A stretch of DNA of 64,000 nucleotides from Fidelibacterota bacterium (GCA_049975265.1 JBNGDF010000001.1:1-64000), one strand, 5' to 3'; shown: positions 49,391 through 59,116, numbered from the stretch's first letter. The notes: generated by a model from the letters alone, not told the origin. Translations and numbers: made by a program.

Positions 49391-50932
49391 TTACAACCAT
49401 AGTTGACGATCGAGACTGCGGTACTGAATCGCCTCCGCCAGATGCTCCGGACGGATGTTCTCCACTCCGGCAAGATCGGCTATCGTCCGGGATACTTTCA
49501 GAATGCGGTCGTATGCCCTGGCACTCAGCCCCAATCTGGTAATTGCATTATGCAGGAGGGTTTGTCCGTTGCTGTCAATTTTACAGAAACGGCGGATCAT
49601 CCTGGTATCCATATCGGCATTGGCATGAATGCCTTCAAATTGGGCAAAACGCTCCGTCTGCCGGCGGCGGGCTTGCTGAACCCTGCTTCGAATGTCCTCT
49701 GACTTTTCGCCCAGAGACTTTCCAGCCAGCTCGCTGATTTTGACCGCCGGAACTTCGATGTGAATATCGATCCTGTCCAGCAGCGGTCCTGAAATCCGGG
49801 ACATGTATTTCTGAATCTGCACTGGCGAACAGGTACAATCGTTGTTCGGGTCGGTAAGATATCCACAGGGACAGGGGTTCATTGCTCCCACGAGGATAAA
49901 ATTCGCCGGATAAGAAAGCGACATCTGTGCCCGGCTAATGGTCACAATGTTATTCTCCATGGGTTGGCGCAGCACTTCAAGGACATTTTTCTTGAATTCC
50001 GGCAATTCATCCAGGAAAAGGACTCCATGGTGGCTCAGGCTGACCTCACCAGGGCGGGGTAATTTACCGCCACCAACCAGAGCGGCATCGGATATTGTAT
50101 GATGGGGCGACCGGAAAGGACGGGTTGCAACAATTCCGGTTCCCTCCGGCACCAGACCGGCAACGGAGTGAATCTTGGTTGTTTCAAGCGCTTCATCCAG
50201 CGTAAGATTGGGTAATATGGAAGGAAACCGTTTCGCCAGCATCGTTTTACCGGAGCCGGGCGGTCCGATCATGATAATGTTGTGAGCACCAGCAGCCGCC
50301 ACTTCCAACGCCCGCTTGGCATTCTCCTGGCCCTTCACATCGGCAAAATCCTGTTCATAGCGGCGCTGCTCCTCAAAGAGTTCTGTGACATTGACATTTA
50401 CCGGCTCCGGCTCGAAATCGCCGTTTAAAAAATCGAGCGTCTCCTGAAGAGTATTGACTCCCACCACCCGCAACCCGCCGGCAATCGCTGCCTCCCGGGC
50501 ATTTACTCTGGGCAAAATAATCCCTTCAATGGAGGAATCCTGTCGAATCGAGACCGCAATAGGCAGCGCTCCCCGGATACCCCGCAGCGCACCATCTAGT
50601 GACAGCTCGCCAAGTACAATGTATTTTTCGAGCAGCTTCATGGACACCCGCCCGATGGCACTCAGGATACCGATGGAAATAGGCAGATCGAAAGCGCTGC
50701 CCTCTTTACGGATATCCGCCGGTGCAAGATTGATAACAATCTTATTCAAAGGAATAGAATAGCCACTGTTCTTAATCGCCGATTCGACCCGCTCCTTGCT
50801 TTCTTTTACAGCACCTTCCGGCAAACCAACCGTAATAAAGCGCGGAATCTGAGCATTCACCATATTGCACTCGACATTCACCACATAGGCGTCAATACCC
50901 AATACTGCAGCGCTTTTCACAAGAGAAAACAT
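49391..50932 (-). CDS. comM: YifB/ComM family Mg-chelatase-like AAA+ ATPase
   Basis: VGLPEGAVKES, NLAPAD, GPPGSGKT, FRSPHH, LFLDELPEF, NPCPCG, GPLLDRID. Confidence 0.92.
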   Translation of the reverse strand: MFSLVKSAAVLGIDAYVVNVECNMVNAQIPRFITVGLPEGAVKESKERVESAIKNSGYSIPLNKIVINLAPADIRKEGSAFDLPISIGILSAIGRVSMKLLEKYIVLGELSLDGALRGIRGALPIAVSIRQDSSIEGIILPRVNAREAAIAGGLRVVGVNTLQETLDFLNGDFEPEPVNVNVTELFEEQRRYEQDFADVKGQENAKRALEVAAAGAHNIIMIGPPGSGKTMLAKRFPSILPNLTLDEALETTKIHSVAGLVPEGTGIVATRPFRSPHHTISDAALVGGGKLPRPGEVSLSHHGVLFLDELPEFKKNVLEVLRQPMENNIVTISRAQMSLSYPANFILVGAMNPCPCGYLTDPNNDCTCSPVQIQKYMSRISGPLLDRIDIHIEVPAVKISELAGKSLGEKSEDIRSRVQQARRRQTERFAQFEGIHANADMDTRMIRRFCKIDSNGQTLLHNAITRLGLSARAYDRILKVSRTIADLAGVENIRPEHLAEAIQYRSLDRQLWL

Positions 50933-51024
50933 CCTCTTCTCCGTTTTTCTTAAAGTATGTTGGTGAAATATATCGGTTTTTTCACTGAGTTACAAAAGTT
51001 TTTACTGCCATGAAAGCGCCGAAA

Positions 51025-51063
51025 TATATCAATTTGATATAGCCGGTATATGCAATTGATATG
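51025..51063. promoter_or_regulatory. Tandem palindromic protein-binding sites (candidate bEBP enhancer)
   Basis: Perfect palindrome TATATCAA-T-TTGATATA at 51025-51041 and a 13/17 copy TATATGCAATTGATATG at 51047-51063, 22 bp apart. Confidence 0.65.
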
Positions 51064-51128
51064 ACGCAGGACGTAAAAGTCAGAACGGAATATCGATTTC
51101 CCGACGGAGCGGTGGCTCTCTGAACATT

Positions 51129-51145
51129 TTGGCACCGCTTTTGTA
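51129..51145 (+). promoter_or_regulatory. sigma54 (-24/-12)-like promoter
   Basis: TTGGCAC-CGCTT-TTGTA against consensus YTGGCAC-N5-TTGCW; one mismatch at the -12 C. Confidence 0.6.
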
Positions 51146-51180
51146 ATTGATTGAGATGAACGATGAAAGGAGACGAAAAA

Positions 51181-52365
51181 ATGATAATGCACACCATCAA
51201 AAAAATCCTGCACTACCTGATGATCCCCTTAATTACTCTGACTCTGTTCCGCCCTGTAATAGCCGGGAGCCGCGACGAAAATGCCCCTGACTTGGGCGAA
51301 GAGTACCAGCTGGCTGCCAAAGAGATGAAAAGCTGGTTCAGAAAGTGTCACCCTCAACCGCCTTTCCCGGAGGTCGATCGCCCCGGGCTTGGCTATTACA
51401 TCGACAACATCTCTTTTAAAGACGCCTATGAACTGAATTATTCAGGAAATACCGGTGTGCTGGTGAGTGGTAGTCGCAGCTGCAACGATCATCCGGTCTT
51501 GCAACGGGAAGACATCATCATAAAAATTGATGGGATTTCAATAAAACACCGGTCACACTTCGATGACTTTATTGCAGAAAAATCGATCGGCGACTCTGTT
51601 ACCGTTGAATTTTTACGCTACGGTGACACATTTCAGAAAAGACTCTCGGTTGTAAACGAGAACTCTCCCCGGAAATTTGAACAGTCCTGGAGCGATCCGA
51701 CCTCCCGGAAAAGCCGGGGCTTAGGAGGAATCGGATATAAACCGATGTATGTCAACATGGATTTATCCCCGATCAACGATCTGTACGGCACCCTCGGTTT
51801 TAATGAATTATCAGGATTCAACAATCTCCATCACGGATTCGATCTGCAGGGATTGATCGGCAACGGCTACTTCATCGGTGGTTATGGTGTTTGGACAGGA
51901 CAAAAACAGAGCATTCATTACGCCATAGATCAGGCTACATCGGTATACCGGGATATAAAATATACATCCGGCATGGGTGGCATATCGCTGGATAAACGTT
52001 ACCGGCTCGGCGATCGCTGGATGCTTTCTGCCGGCATAATGGTCGGCGGTGGATCCACCCGACTCGAAATCGATCAGTTTGAACAAACGGTGGACTGGCA
52101 CGAGATCGGTCTGGATACTACCGGATCGTATAACGATTACCTGCAGCTACAAAAAAAATACACTCTCTTGCAGCCACGCATTGCCATGATGTACCGGGTC
52201 TTGCCGGTTTTCTGGATTAAAGTTGAAGCCGGTTACATGCTAAGCTATTCCAGGAATGGCTGGCAACAGATTTTGAACGATAATAAACACTCCATAGATG
52301 AGCCGGGAAACGACTCTTCGATGAGCGGTTTCACCGTTAGCATTTCACCCTTTTTCGGGTTTTAA
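51181..52365 (+). CDS. Secreted PDZ domain fused to a predicted outer-membrane beta-barrel (paralog 1)
   Basis: Signal peptide; PDZ (GLGY, GVLV, LQREDIIIKIDG, VTVEFLR); alternating amphipathic strands; terminal ...ISPFFGF. ATG 51181 follows AAAGGAG. Confidence 0.75.
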   Translation: MIMHTIKKILHYLMIPLITLTLFRPVIAGSRDENAPDLGEEYQLAAKEMKSWFRKCHPQPPFPEVDRPGLGYYIDNISFKDAYELNYSGNTGVLVSGSRSCNDHPVLQREDIIIKIDGISIKHRSHFDDFIAEKSIGDSVTVEFLRYGDTFQKRLSVVNENSPRKFEQSWSDPTSRKSRGLGGIGYKPMYVNMDLSPINDLYGTLGFNELSGFNNLHHGFDLQGLIGNGYFIGGYGVWTGQKQSIHYAIDQATSVYRDIKYTSGMGGISLDKRYRLGDRWMLSAGIMVGGGSTRLEIDQFEQTVDWHEIGLDTTGSYNDYLQLQKKYTLLQPRIAMMYRVLPVFWIKVEAGYMLSYSRNGWQQILNDNKHSIDEPGNDSSMSGFTVSISPFFGF

Positions 52366-52394
52366 CATCCTAGATTAGCATGAAAGGAGTTACC

Positions 52395-53669
52395 ATGTCT
52401 GGTTCAAATTCAAAGATACAGCGTCCAAATACATCCATTATCTACATTATCATCTGCTCCTGGTTACTGTTTGTCATTCGGATTTTATCGGCGCAGACTC
52501 TCCCCGCAGAAGAGGTGCAATCTGCAACATTATCGGATGAAATCAGCGCGACTGACACTACCCGGACTGACACACTTGTCATCTTGCCGACCACTGGTCA
52601 AAAGCCCTATCTGGGAATCGTGTTCGGTCGTGACCTCGACTTTGAAAGAGCCGAAAAAGTACATTTTCCCTATAATTATGGCGCCTGCATAGATAACATC
52701 GAGCCGGGTGGACCGGCGGATAAAGCCGGGCTGAAGGAGGGTGACATTATTACCCGCTTCGGCAAGGAAAAAATCTGGTACAACAATTATCTTGTCCGGG
52801 TGGTTGAAAAATATCAGCCGGGAACGGATGTCCCTGTTGTTCTTTATCGTGACGGCAACGCAATGACAACCACCATCACTCTGGACAGTGCCCCGGAATC
52901 CGTCGAGATAAAAATCGGCGAATCGGAAGAATCCACGAAAACAGATTATTCCGGTTCGAAAAAAACCAGAATCATCAAAAGATCGGATGCCGGGATTTTT
53001 TCCTGTGATTTCAGCTATTTTGTTCCCGACAATCTTGCGTTCTACACCCAGTTCTTACAAGCTCAACTCGGCTACTCTGCGGTCACAGATAACAGGCAGA
53101 TCAATGATAAAACCTACACCGGTTTAAATATGACGGGCTTTCACTTTCGTCCGGATAGCGACGACGGCGACCTGAGCTGGGGTTTTGTCTGGGCAAACAA
53201 CAGCTGGAACCGTCACAAACCGGTAACCTTCGCCGGAGCCGATCGTGACAGTTATCTGATATACAGCATGAACTACTGGGGTGTAACATTGGATCAGCAA
53301 ATTACGATCTTCCGGCGATTATACTTACGTGCCGGCGTTCTGGCTGGCAGCCTGACCAGCGGTCTTGCGTTGCACCAGACCGAACCGCTGACACAATGGG
53401 CGGAGATCGGGGCTCGTTTCACCGATAGCAACGAGAGTTATCTGCAAGTGGAAAAGAAATATTTTCTGATTCAACCCAACGTTTCTGTCTTTATTCCCAT
53501 CCTTGGTGACCTCGGTCTGCAGGCAAAACTTGGCTACTGTTACGGAATTCCCCGGACAGACGGCTGGAAGGTCCGCACACCGAGTGGTGGCAAAGATGTC
53601 CTCAATTCGCCGAATACATCGATCGGGGGATACACCCTCTCCATTGGACCAGCTCTCTTGATAAAGTAA
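52395..53669 (+). CDS. Secreted PDZ domain fused to a predicted outer-membrane beta-barrel (paralog 2)
   Basis: PYLGI, GGPADKAGLKEGDII PDZ motif; C-terminal strands align by eye with paralog 1 (KKYFLIQPNV vs KKYTLLQPRI). ATG 52395 follows AAAGGAG. Confidence 0.78.
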   Translation: MSGSNSKIQRPNTSIIYIIICSWLLFVIRILSAQTLPAEEVQSATLSDEISATDTTRTDTLVILPTTGQKPYLGIVFGRDLDFERAEKVHFPYNYGACIDNIEPGGPADKAGLKEGDIITRFGKEKIWYNNYLVRVVEKYQPGTDVPVVLYRDGNAMTTTITLDSAPESVEIKIGESEESTKTDYSGSKKTRIIKRSDAGIFSCDFSYFVPDNLAFYTQFLQAQLGYSAVTDNRQINDKTYTGLNMTGFHFRPDSDDGDLSWGFVWANNSWNRHKPVTFAGADRDSYLIYSMNYWGVTLDQQITIFRRLYLRAGVLAGSLTSGLALHQTEPLTQWAEIGARFTDSNESYLQVEKKYFLIQPNVSVFIPILGDLGLQAKLGYCYGIPRTDGWKVRTPSGGKDVLNSPNTSIGGYTLSIGPALLIK

Positions 53670-53670
53670 A

Positions 53671-53750
53671 TCTGGAAAAGGAAAGGCGTTCTCTGATCCA
53701 TTATTTCATTTTACACGTCTGGCAGACAATCATGCCCTTTCTTTTCCGGA
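53671..53750 (+). repeat. Imperfect 18-nt inverted repeat (RNA stem) just after the PDZ gene pair
   Basis: TCTGGAAAAGGAAAGGCG (53671-53688) pairs with TGCCCTTTCTTTTCCGGA (53733-53750) at 17 of 18 positions when G-U is allowed. Confidence 0.5.
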
Positions 53751-53787
53751 AAGGTCTGATTTTTCAGTTAAAACAGCTCGAAAGTAA

Positions 53788-53816
53788 TTGAAAATAGGGC
53801 TGGATTAGCGTATTTT
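53788..53816 (+). promoter_or_regulatory. sigma70-type promoter of the DUF4390 / two-component operon
   Basis: TTGAAA, 17 nt spacer, TATTTT; ATG 11 nt downstream. Confidence 0.55.
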
Positions 53817-53827
53817 GTATCAACATC

Positions 53828-54400
53828 ATGATCGAAACACTCACAGATCGACTCATTGCTACGATCATCACAATTGGCTCGCTTTTGTTTCCTTTTATTG
53901 ACGGACTGGCCCCTGCATTTACCGATGTCAGCGTTAATCTGATTGACAATTCACTGGCGCTGTCACTGAATCTGACCAACTGTTATTCCGACGAGTTCGA
54001 TCGAATTCTCACTTCGGGACAGCCGGTGACAATCCGTTTTCTGGCAGAGCTGTATGACGGTCGTACCCGGCAAGTGGTTCTGAAAAGAGACTTTGAGCAC
54101 ACTATCCGTTATAATCCTCTGAACAAACAGTATGCAATCTACCTTTCCGAAAGAGATGAGCGGCGAATTTGCGAAACCCTGGACGATGCCCACGCCTGCT
54201 TCAGTACTTTGTACCGGGTTACACTCCTCTCCCCCGAAAATCTGGAAAAGGACCGTGATTACTTTTTCCGGATTTCAGCGGCTCTCGATCCGATTACCTT
54301 TATCGGTGAAAAATCCCCCTTTGATCTGATGCTTTACTGGAACAATAAGAAGCCAAAGATTGACACCGAAAACTTTAATTCGGCCATATTTTACCGTTGA
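53828..54400 (+). CDS. DUF4390-like periplasmic protein
   Basis: N-terminal hydrophobic segment, LTSGQPVTIRF, IRYNPLNKQY; position before an NtrY/NtrX-like pair is typical of this family. Confidence 0.7.
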   Translation: MIETLTDRLIATIITIGSLLFPFIDGLAPAFTDVSVNLIDNSLALSLNLTNCYSDEFDRILTSGQPVTIRFLAELYDGRTRQVVLKRDFEHTIRYNPLNKQYAIYLSERDERRICETLDDAHACFSTLYRVTLLSPENLEKDRDYFFRISAALDPITFIGEKSPFDLMLYWNNKKPKIDTENFNSAIFYR

Positions 54401-54407
54401 TACAATT

Positions 54408-55613
54408 ATGAAAAAACCAATTCCATCATTCCGCCTGCAGATCTTTCTTCTGTTTATCGCTCTGTTACTCATCTCCGTAACGTTTACCCGGTCCTTTTTT
54501 ATTAAAAGCAACCATTCTTTTTTACAGCGTCTCTCCGAACAGAATATTCTCACAAAAATTGAAACACTCTACCATGACTACAGAGCCGTTCTTCCCCAGG
54601 AGCAGGCAGAGTCGTTTAAGCAGGATATCGAAGAACTGATGTTGGGACAAAAGGCGATCGATCTGTCAACTGAGATTTATCAGCAACAGGTCGACGCCTA
54701 TTCCCGTTATATCTTCATCTTCATTGTGTTATCGGTGTTCCTCATTTTTGTTCTGTCAATTAATCTGATTACCCGACCGCTCCGCCGTTTACAAGCCGCC
54801 ACCCAGGAACTGATGGCGGGCAATATCCGGATTCATGTCAAAGAAAATCCCTTCTCACCGATTAATACCCTGATCGTCTCATTTAACCGGATGGTTTTGG
54901 AACTGGACCGGCAGCGCAAAATCGCCATAGAGGCTGAGAAGCAGATGGTTTGGCGGGAGATCGCCCGGGTAATGGCTCACGAAATCAAAAATCCACTTAC
55001 ACCCATAAAACTGAGCGTTGAGCACCTAGAAATGAAATGTCTTACAGATTCTGCAATCAGCCCCAAATTTCTTGGTGACAGTCTCTCTGTAATCAAAGAG
55101 GAGGTCGTGAACCTGCAAGCCCTCGTAGATCGGTTTCGGGGATTCGCCACCCTGCCTGAAGCAAAGCCCGAACACTATTCAATCAAGGCACAAATCGAGG
55201 AAATCATCGCGTCTTATCAACAAAAACACCGGATTGAATTAATCGGCGAAAATGAGGTTCCTCCGATCCGGGCTGATAAGATGCAGATTAAACAGGCGCT
55301 GGTCAATCTGATTCAAAACGCGCTGCAGGCAGCCGATACCCCGTCCGTTATTGTCACGATAAAAATCGAAACCGCTGATAACTGGCTGATGATTAGCATC
55401 CATGATAACGGTCCCGGAATTCCCACCGAAAACCTGGAGAAGATTTTTGAACCCTACTTCACCACCCGTCGTAAGGGCACCGGACTCGGGTTACCTATTG
55501 TTAAAAGAATTGTCGAAAATCACAGGGGTACCATTTCCATAGAAAGCCGAATCAACGCGGGTACCACAGTTTTCATCCGGCTGCCGATCCAAGTAAATAC
55601 GGAGGGATGCTAA
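54408..55613 (+). CDS. Membrane HAMP sensor histidine kinase (NtrY-like)
   Basis: 2 TM helices, HAMP, WREIARVMAHEIKNPLTPI, NLIQNA, DNGPG, GTGLGL. Confidence 0.9.
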   Translation: MKKPIPSFRLQIFLLFIALLLISVTFTRSFFIKSNHSFLQRLSEQNILTKIETLYHDYRAVLPQEQAESFKQDIEELMLGQKAIDLSTEIYQQQVDAYSRYIFIFIVLSVFLIFVLSINLITRPLRRLQAATQELMAGNIRIHVKENPFSPINTLIVSFNRMVLELDRQRKIAIEAEKQMVWREIARVMAHEIKNPLTPIKLSVEHLEMKCLTDSAISPKFLGDSLSVIKEEVVNLQALVDRFRGFATLPEAKPEHYSIKAQIEEIIASYQQKHRIELIGENEVPPIRADKMQIKQALVNLIQNALQAADTPSVIVTIKIETADNWLMISIHDNGPGIPTENLEKIFEPYFTTRRKGTGLGLPIVKRIVENHRGTISIESRINAGTTVFIRLPIQVNTEGC

Positions 55614-56980
55614 TGAACATATTGGTCGTTGATGACGAAAAAAATATCCGCCAAACACTTGGCGCTATTTTGTCCGACGAAGGTCATCATGTATCCGTCG
55701 CCGCATCCGGTGAAGAAGGATTGCGCTGTCTTGGCGAGAATCTTTTTGATCTTGTTTTTCTTGATGTAAAGCTCCCCAGAATCAGTGGCATTGATATCCT
55801 GAAACAGATCAAAAAGGAGTGGAGCTCCACCGAAGTACTAATGATTTCCGGCGACAGCGATATAAATACCGCCGTAACAGCGGTAAAGATAGGCGCTCAC
55901 GACTTTATGGAAAAGCCACTGTCGCTCCCTAAAATTTTAATTGCCGTCCGGAACATTGCCGAGAAAAGGAAACTTTTGCAGAAGTGCATTATCGGTGACG
56001 AGGTTACCAGCTCCCGCTACCGGATCGTTGGCGAATCAAAACAGATCCAAGATATCCGGGAAGTGATTCAGCGGGTTTCCAAAACCGATGCAAAGGTTCT
56101 GATCACCGGTGAAAGCGGCACCGGAAAAGAGCTTGTCGCTTATCATATCCACAAACAGAGCGCCAGGTCTGATCAACCCTTTATTACCTTCAACAGCGCC
56201 GCCATTCCCAATGAACTGGTGGAGAGTGAACTGTTCGGTCACGAAAAAGGCGCATTTACCGGAGCCGACCACCAAAAACCGGGCAAACTCGAACGCGCCA
56301 ATCACGGAACCCTTTTTCTGGACGAGATCGCTGATATGAACCTCGCCGCCCAAGCCAAAATTCTGCGCGTTCTGGAAGAGGGTACATTCGAACGTGTCGG
56401 CGGCACCCGCACCATTGATATCGATGTCCGGATTTTAGCCGCCACCAACCGGGACATCAAGGCACTGATTCGGAACGGTGAATTCCGGGAGGACCTTTTT
56501 TACCGGCTCAATGTTGTCCCGATCCATTTATCGCCACTTCGGGAACGTCCCGCGGATATCCCCGTTTTAATCAGGCATTATCTGCACGCCTATTCTGTCG
56601 AACTGGCAACACCCCAAAAGAGTTTTACCGAATCAGCAATTCGTCGACTGACGGACTATCCTTTTCCCGGCAATATTCGTGAATTGAAAAACTTTATCGA
56701 ACGTATGTATATCCTCTCCGACAAATCCACACTCGGTAAAGATGATGTCCGCCTCCATCTGGGTTCTCACGACAGCCCGGCGCGCGATTTCCTCGAAGAC
56801 ATCCTGATGAAAAACAACTTTAGCGATGCAAAAAGGGCGTTTGAGAAATACTATCTTACAAAAAAACTGGAAGATACTGGCTGGAATATTTCCCGCCTAG
56901 CCGGCGATATCGGTATCCGACAACCCAACCTGTCGCGCAAAATTAAGTCTCTTGGAATCGACGTGCCGAGTAAAAGTTAA
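55613..56980 (+). CDS. sigma54-dependent response regulator (NtrX/NtrC-like: REC - AAA+ - Fis HTH)
   Basis: VVDDE, phospho-Asp FLDV, GESGTGKE, intact GAFTGA, LFLDEI, FREDLFYRL, C-terminal HTH. Confidence 0.93.
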   Translation: MNILVVDDEKNIRQTLGAILSDEGHHVSVAASGEEGLRCLGENLFDLVFLDVKLPRISGIDILKQIKKEWSSTEVLMISGDSDINTAVTAVKIGAHDFMEKPLSLPKILIAVRNIAEKRKLLQKCIIGDEVTSSRYRIVGESKQIQDIREVIQRVSKTDAKVLITGESGTGKELVAYHIHKQSARSDQPFITFNSAAIPNELVESELFGHEKGAFTGADHQKPGKLERANHGTLFLDEIADMNLAAQAKILRVLEEGTFERVGGTRTIDIDVRILAATNRDIKALIRNGEFREDLFYRLNVVPIHLSPLRERPADIPVLIRHYLHAYSVELATPQKSFTESAIRRLTDYPFPGNIRELKNFIERMYILSDKSTLGKDDVRLHLGSHDSPARDFLEDILMKNNFSDAKRAFEKYYLTKKLEDTGWNISRLAGDIGIRQPNLSRKIKSLGIDVPSKS

Positions 56981-56993
56981 CATTCCCTGCGTT

Positions 56994-58067
56994 TTAAAGG
57001 GAAGTAATGTCAATATCTTTGTTATAATTACCGGACTCAAATTCTGCAATCTCCCGCTCGATCCGCCCGCAAATATCATCACGGTGGGACTTGGCTGCCA
57101 GTTTGATTGCATTGGTAATGGCTTTTGCTCCCGAGCGACCGTGAGCTTTGATAACGATCTCTTTAAATCCCAGCAGTGGTGCCCCGCCATATTCGGAATA
57201 ATCCGTCGATCTCTTCAAGCGCCGAATGCCACCGGAGAGGGCAATCAGCCCCAGCCGCCAAAGCAGCCGGTGTTTAAAGGCATAGCGCCCCAGATGCGAG
57301 GCGGTTTCCGCCATGCCCTCCATCATCTTTGTCACGATGTTACCCACATATCCTTCGGTAACCACCACATCGGACACCCCCAGCATCAGTTCGTTGCCCT
57401 CAATATTACCAATAAAGTTGACATCGGGCAGGTCATCCAGAATGCGATAGACCGTAGATAATAATTCGCCGCCCTTATAGGACTCCTTGCCGATGTTCAG
57501 AAGAGCCACCGTGGGATCCTCAATACCCTTAATATCGGAAGCATAAATTTTACCCATCAGAGCAAATTGCACCATATCATCCACGGAGCAGTGGATGTTA
57601 GCGCCCACATCCAGCAGCAGGGCAAAATGATCTTCCCGCTTCTGGACATTTCGGGTGGGGTAGACTGTCGCAATCGCCGTTTTACGGACGTTCACAATCC
57701 GGGGAATATACAACGATGACGCTAAAACATAGGCGCCCGTGTTCCCGGCAGAAACCACTCCATGCGCCCGACCTTCGGCACAGAGCCTGACGGCAACAAT
57801 CATAGATGCATTGGGTTTCCGACGCACCGCGTCCCGGGGAACATCGGACATCTCAATTGTTTCGTCCGCAGGGACTATCTCCAAACGCTCTGCATCATAA
57901 GTCTCCTTAGCGAGGATTTCCGCAATCTTTCTCTCATCGCCGACCAGAATCACCTTTCCGGGCGATTCCAGTGTCGCCACCGCCGCTCCCCGCACAATCG
58001 CCTCCGGGGCATTATCGCCCCCCATGGCATCAACCGCGACCACAATATTTTTTTCCCTTTCACTCAT
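56994..58067 (-). CDS. plsX: Phosphate acyltransferase PlsX
   Basis: VDAMGGDNAP, SAGNTGA, LDVGAN, LNIG, GNIEG, YGGAPLLG, KAHGRS. Confidence 0.95.
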   Translation of the reverse strand: MSEREKNIVVAVDAMGGDNAPEAIVRGAAVATLESPGKVILVGDERKIAEILAKETYDAERLEIVPADETIEMSDVPRDAVRRKPNASMIVAVRLCAEGRAHGVVSAGNTGAYVLASSLYIPRIVNVRKTAIATVYPTRNVQKREDHFALLLDVGANIHCSVDDMVQFALMGKIYASDIKGIEDPTVALLNIGKESYKGGELLSTVYRILDDLPDVNFIGNIEGNELMLGVSDVVVTEGYVGNIVTKMMEGMAETASHLGRYAFKHRLLWRLGLIALSGGIRRLKRSTDYSEYGGAPLLGFKEIVIKAHGRSGAKAITNAIKLAAKSHRDDICGRIEREIAEFESGNYNKDIDITSL

Positions 58068-58082
58068 CTTTTTATCACCCAA

Positions 58083-59009
58083 TCAATGTCCCGGCGCATT
58101 CCTGAACACTGTATCTATATTACGTATCCAATTTTCAAATTTCAATCGCTTCACTGCAGAATTCTTAAATACGGCTTTAAATTTATCCATATTTATTCCA
58201 TTGCCAAATTCCAGCAACCGGCAAATCTTCGTCCTGTTGTCTGTATACCTTTCATCGGAAGTAACCTTTTGCCAGCGGATATTCCATGGACATACTTCCT
58301 GACAAACGTCACATCCGTATACCCAGCCATTCAGCCACTCAGCCTCCTGTTCCGAAAAAACACCCCTCTTTTCCACCGTCAAATAGGAAATGCACCGTCG
58401 GGCATCAATCATACCCGGCGCCACGATCGCACCGGTCGGACAGCTCTCCAGACACTTCCTGCAGCTGCCGCAACGATTTACAGCGCTTCCTGTTACAGGT
58501 AATTCTATAGATAACAGGATTATACCGATGAAGCAGTATGATCCGATGTTCTCGGCGATAAATAAGCCGTTTTTAGCGATCCAGCCCAGACCGGCTTGCT
58601 CTGCATAGGCTTTTTCCATAAACGATCCGGTATCAACATACACTCTGCCCCGAACGTCCGGATCGACGTTCCGAATCTGAACCAAAGCGGTCTCTAACTT
58701 CTCTTTAACCAGAACATGATAATCAATTCCCAGCGCATATCCGGAAAACCGCAAGCCGCTCTTCGTAAAAAACGGCGGGCTGTAATAGTTGTCAAGTCCT
58801 ACCAGAATCGCTTTTACCCAGGGAAATTTCCGGCGAATATCAAACCGGTCGGCAGCACTTTTTACCATCCAGCTCATATCGGCATAATAGCCTTTCTCAA
58901 GCCAGCTCCGATATCTGGAGATGTACTTGCTATCCAGTGATGGTTTGGAAATCCCAAAGGCTGTAAATTTCCGGGTCATAATGGATTCGATCTGTTTGCC
59001 TGTGATCAT
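58083..59009 (-). CDS. queG: tRNA epoxyqueuosine(34) reductase
   Basis: YALGIDYH, YVDTG, AGLGWIAKN, CGSCRKCLESCPTGA, CISYLT, GCDVCQEVCPWN. Confidence 0.93.
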   Translation of the reverse strand: MITGKQIESIMTRKFTAFGISKPSLDSKYISRYRSWLEKGYYADMSWMVKSAADRFDIRRKFPWVKAILVGLDNYYSPPFFTKSGLRFSGYALGIDYHVLVKEKLETALVQIRNVDPDVRGRVYVDTGSFMEKAYAEQAGLGWIAKNGLFIAENIGSYCFIGIILLSIELPVTGSAVNRCGSCRKCLESCPTGAIVAPGMIDARRCISYLTVEKRGVFSEQEAEWLNGWVYGCDVCQEVCPWNIRWQKVTSDERYTDNRTKICRLLEFGNGINMDKFKAVFKNSAVKRLKFENWIRNIDTVFRNAPGH

Positions 59010-59116
59010 GATCAAATTTACAAACCATTTCCGGTGTTAAAAACCACCTTGGGGAAACAAACCGGTTTTTTTTAAACAGATAAAATATTTATATTTCAGA
59101 CCAGAGAGGAGACACC

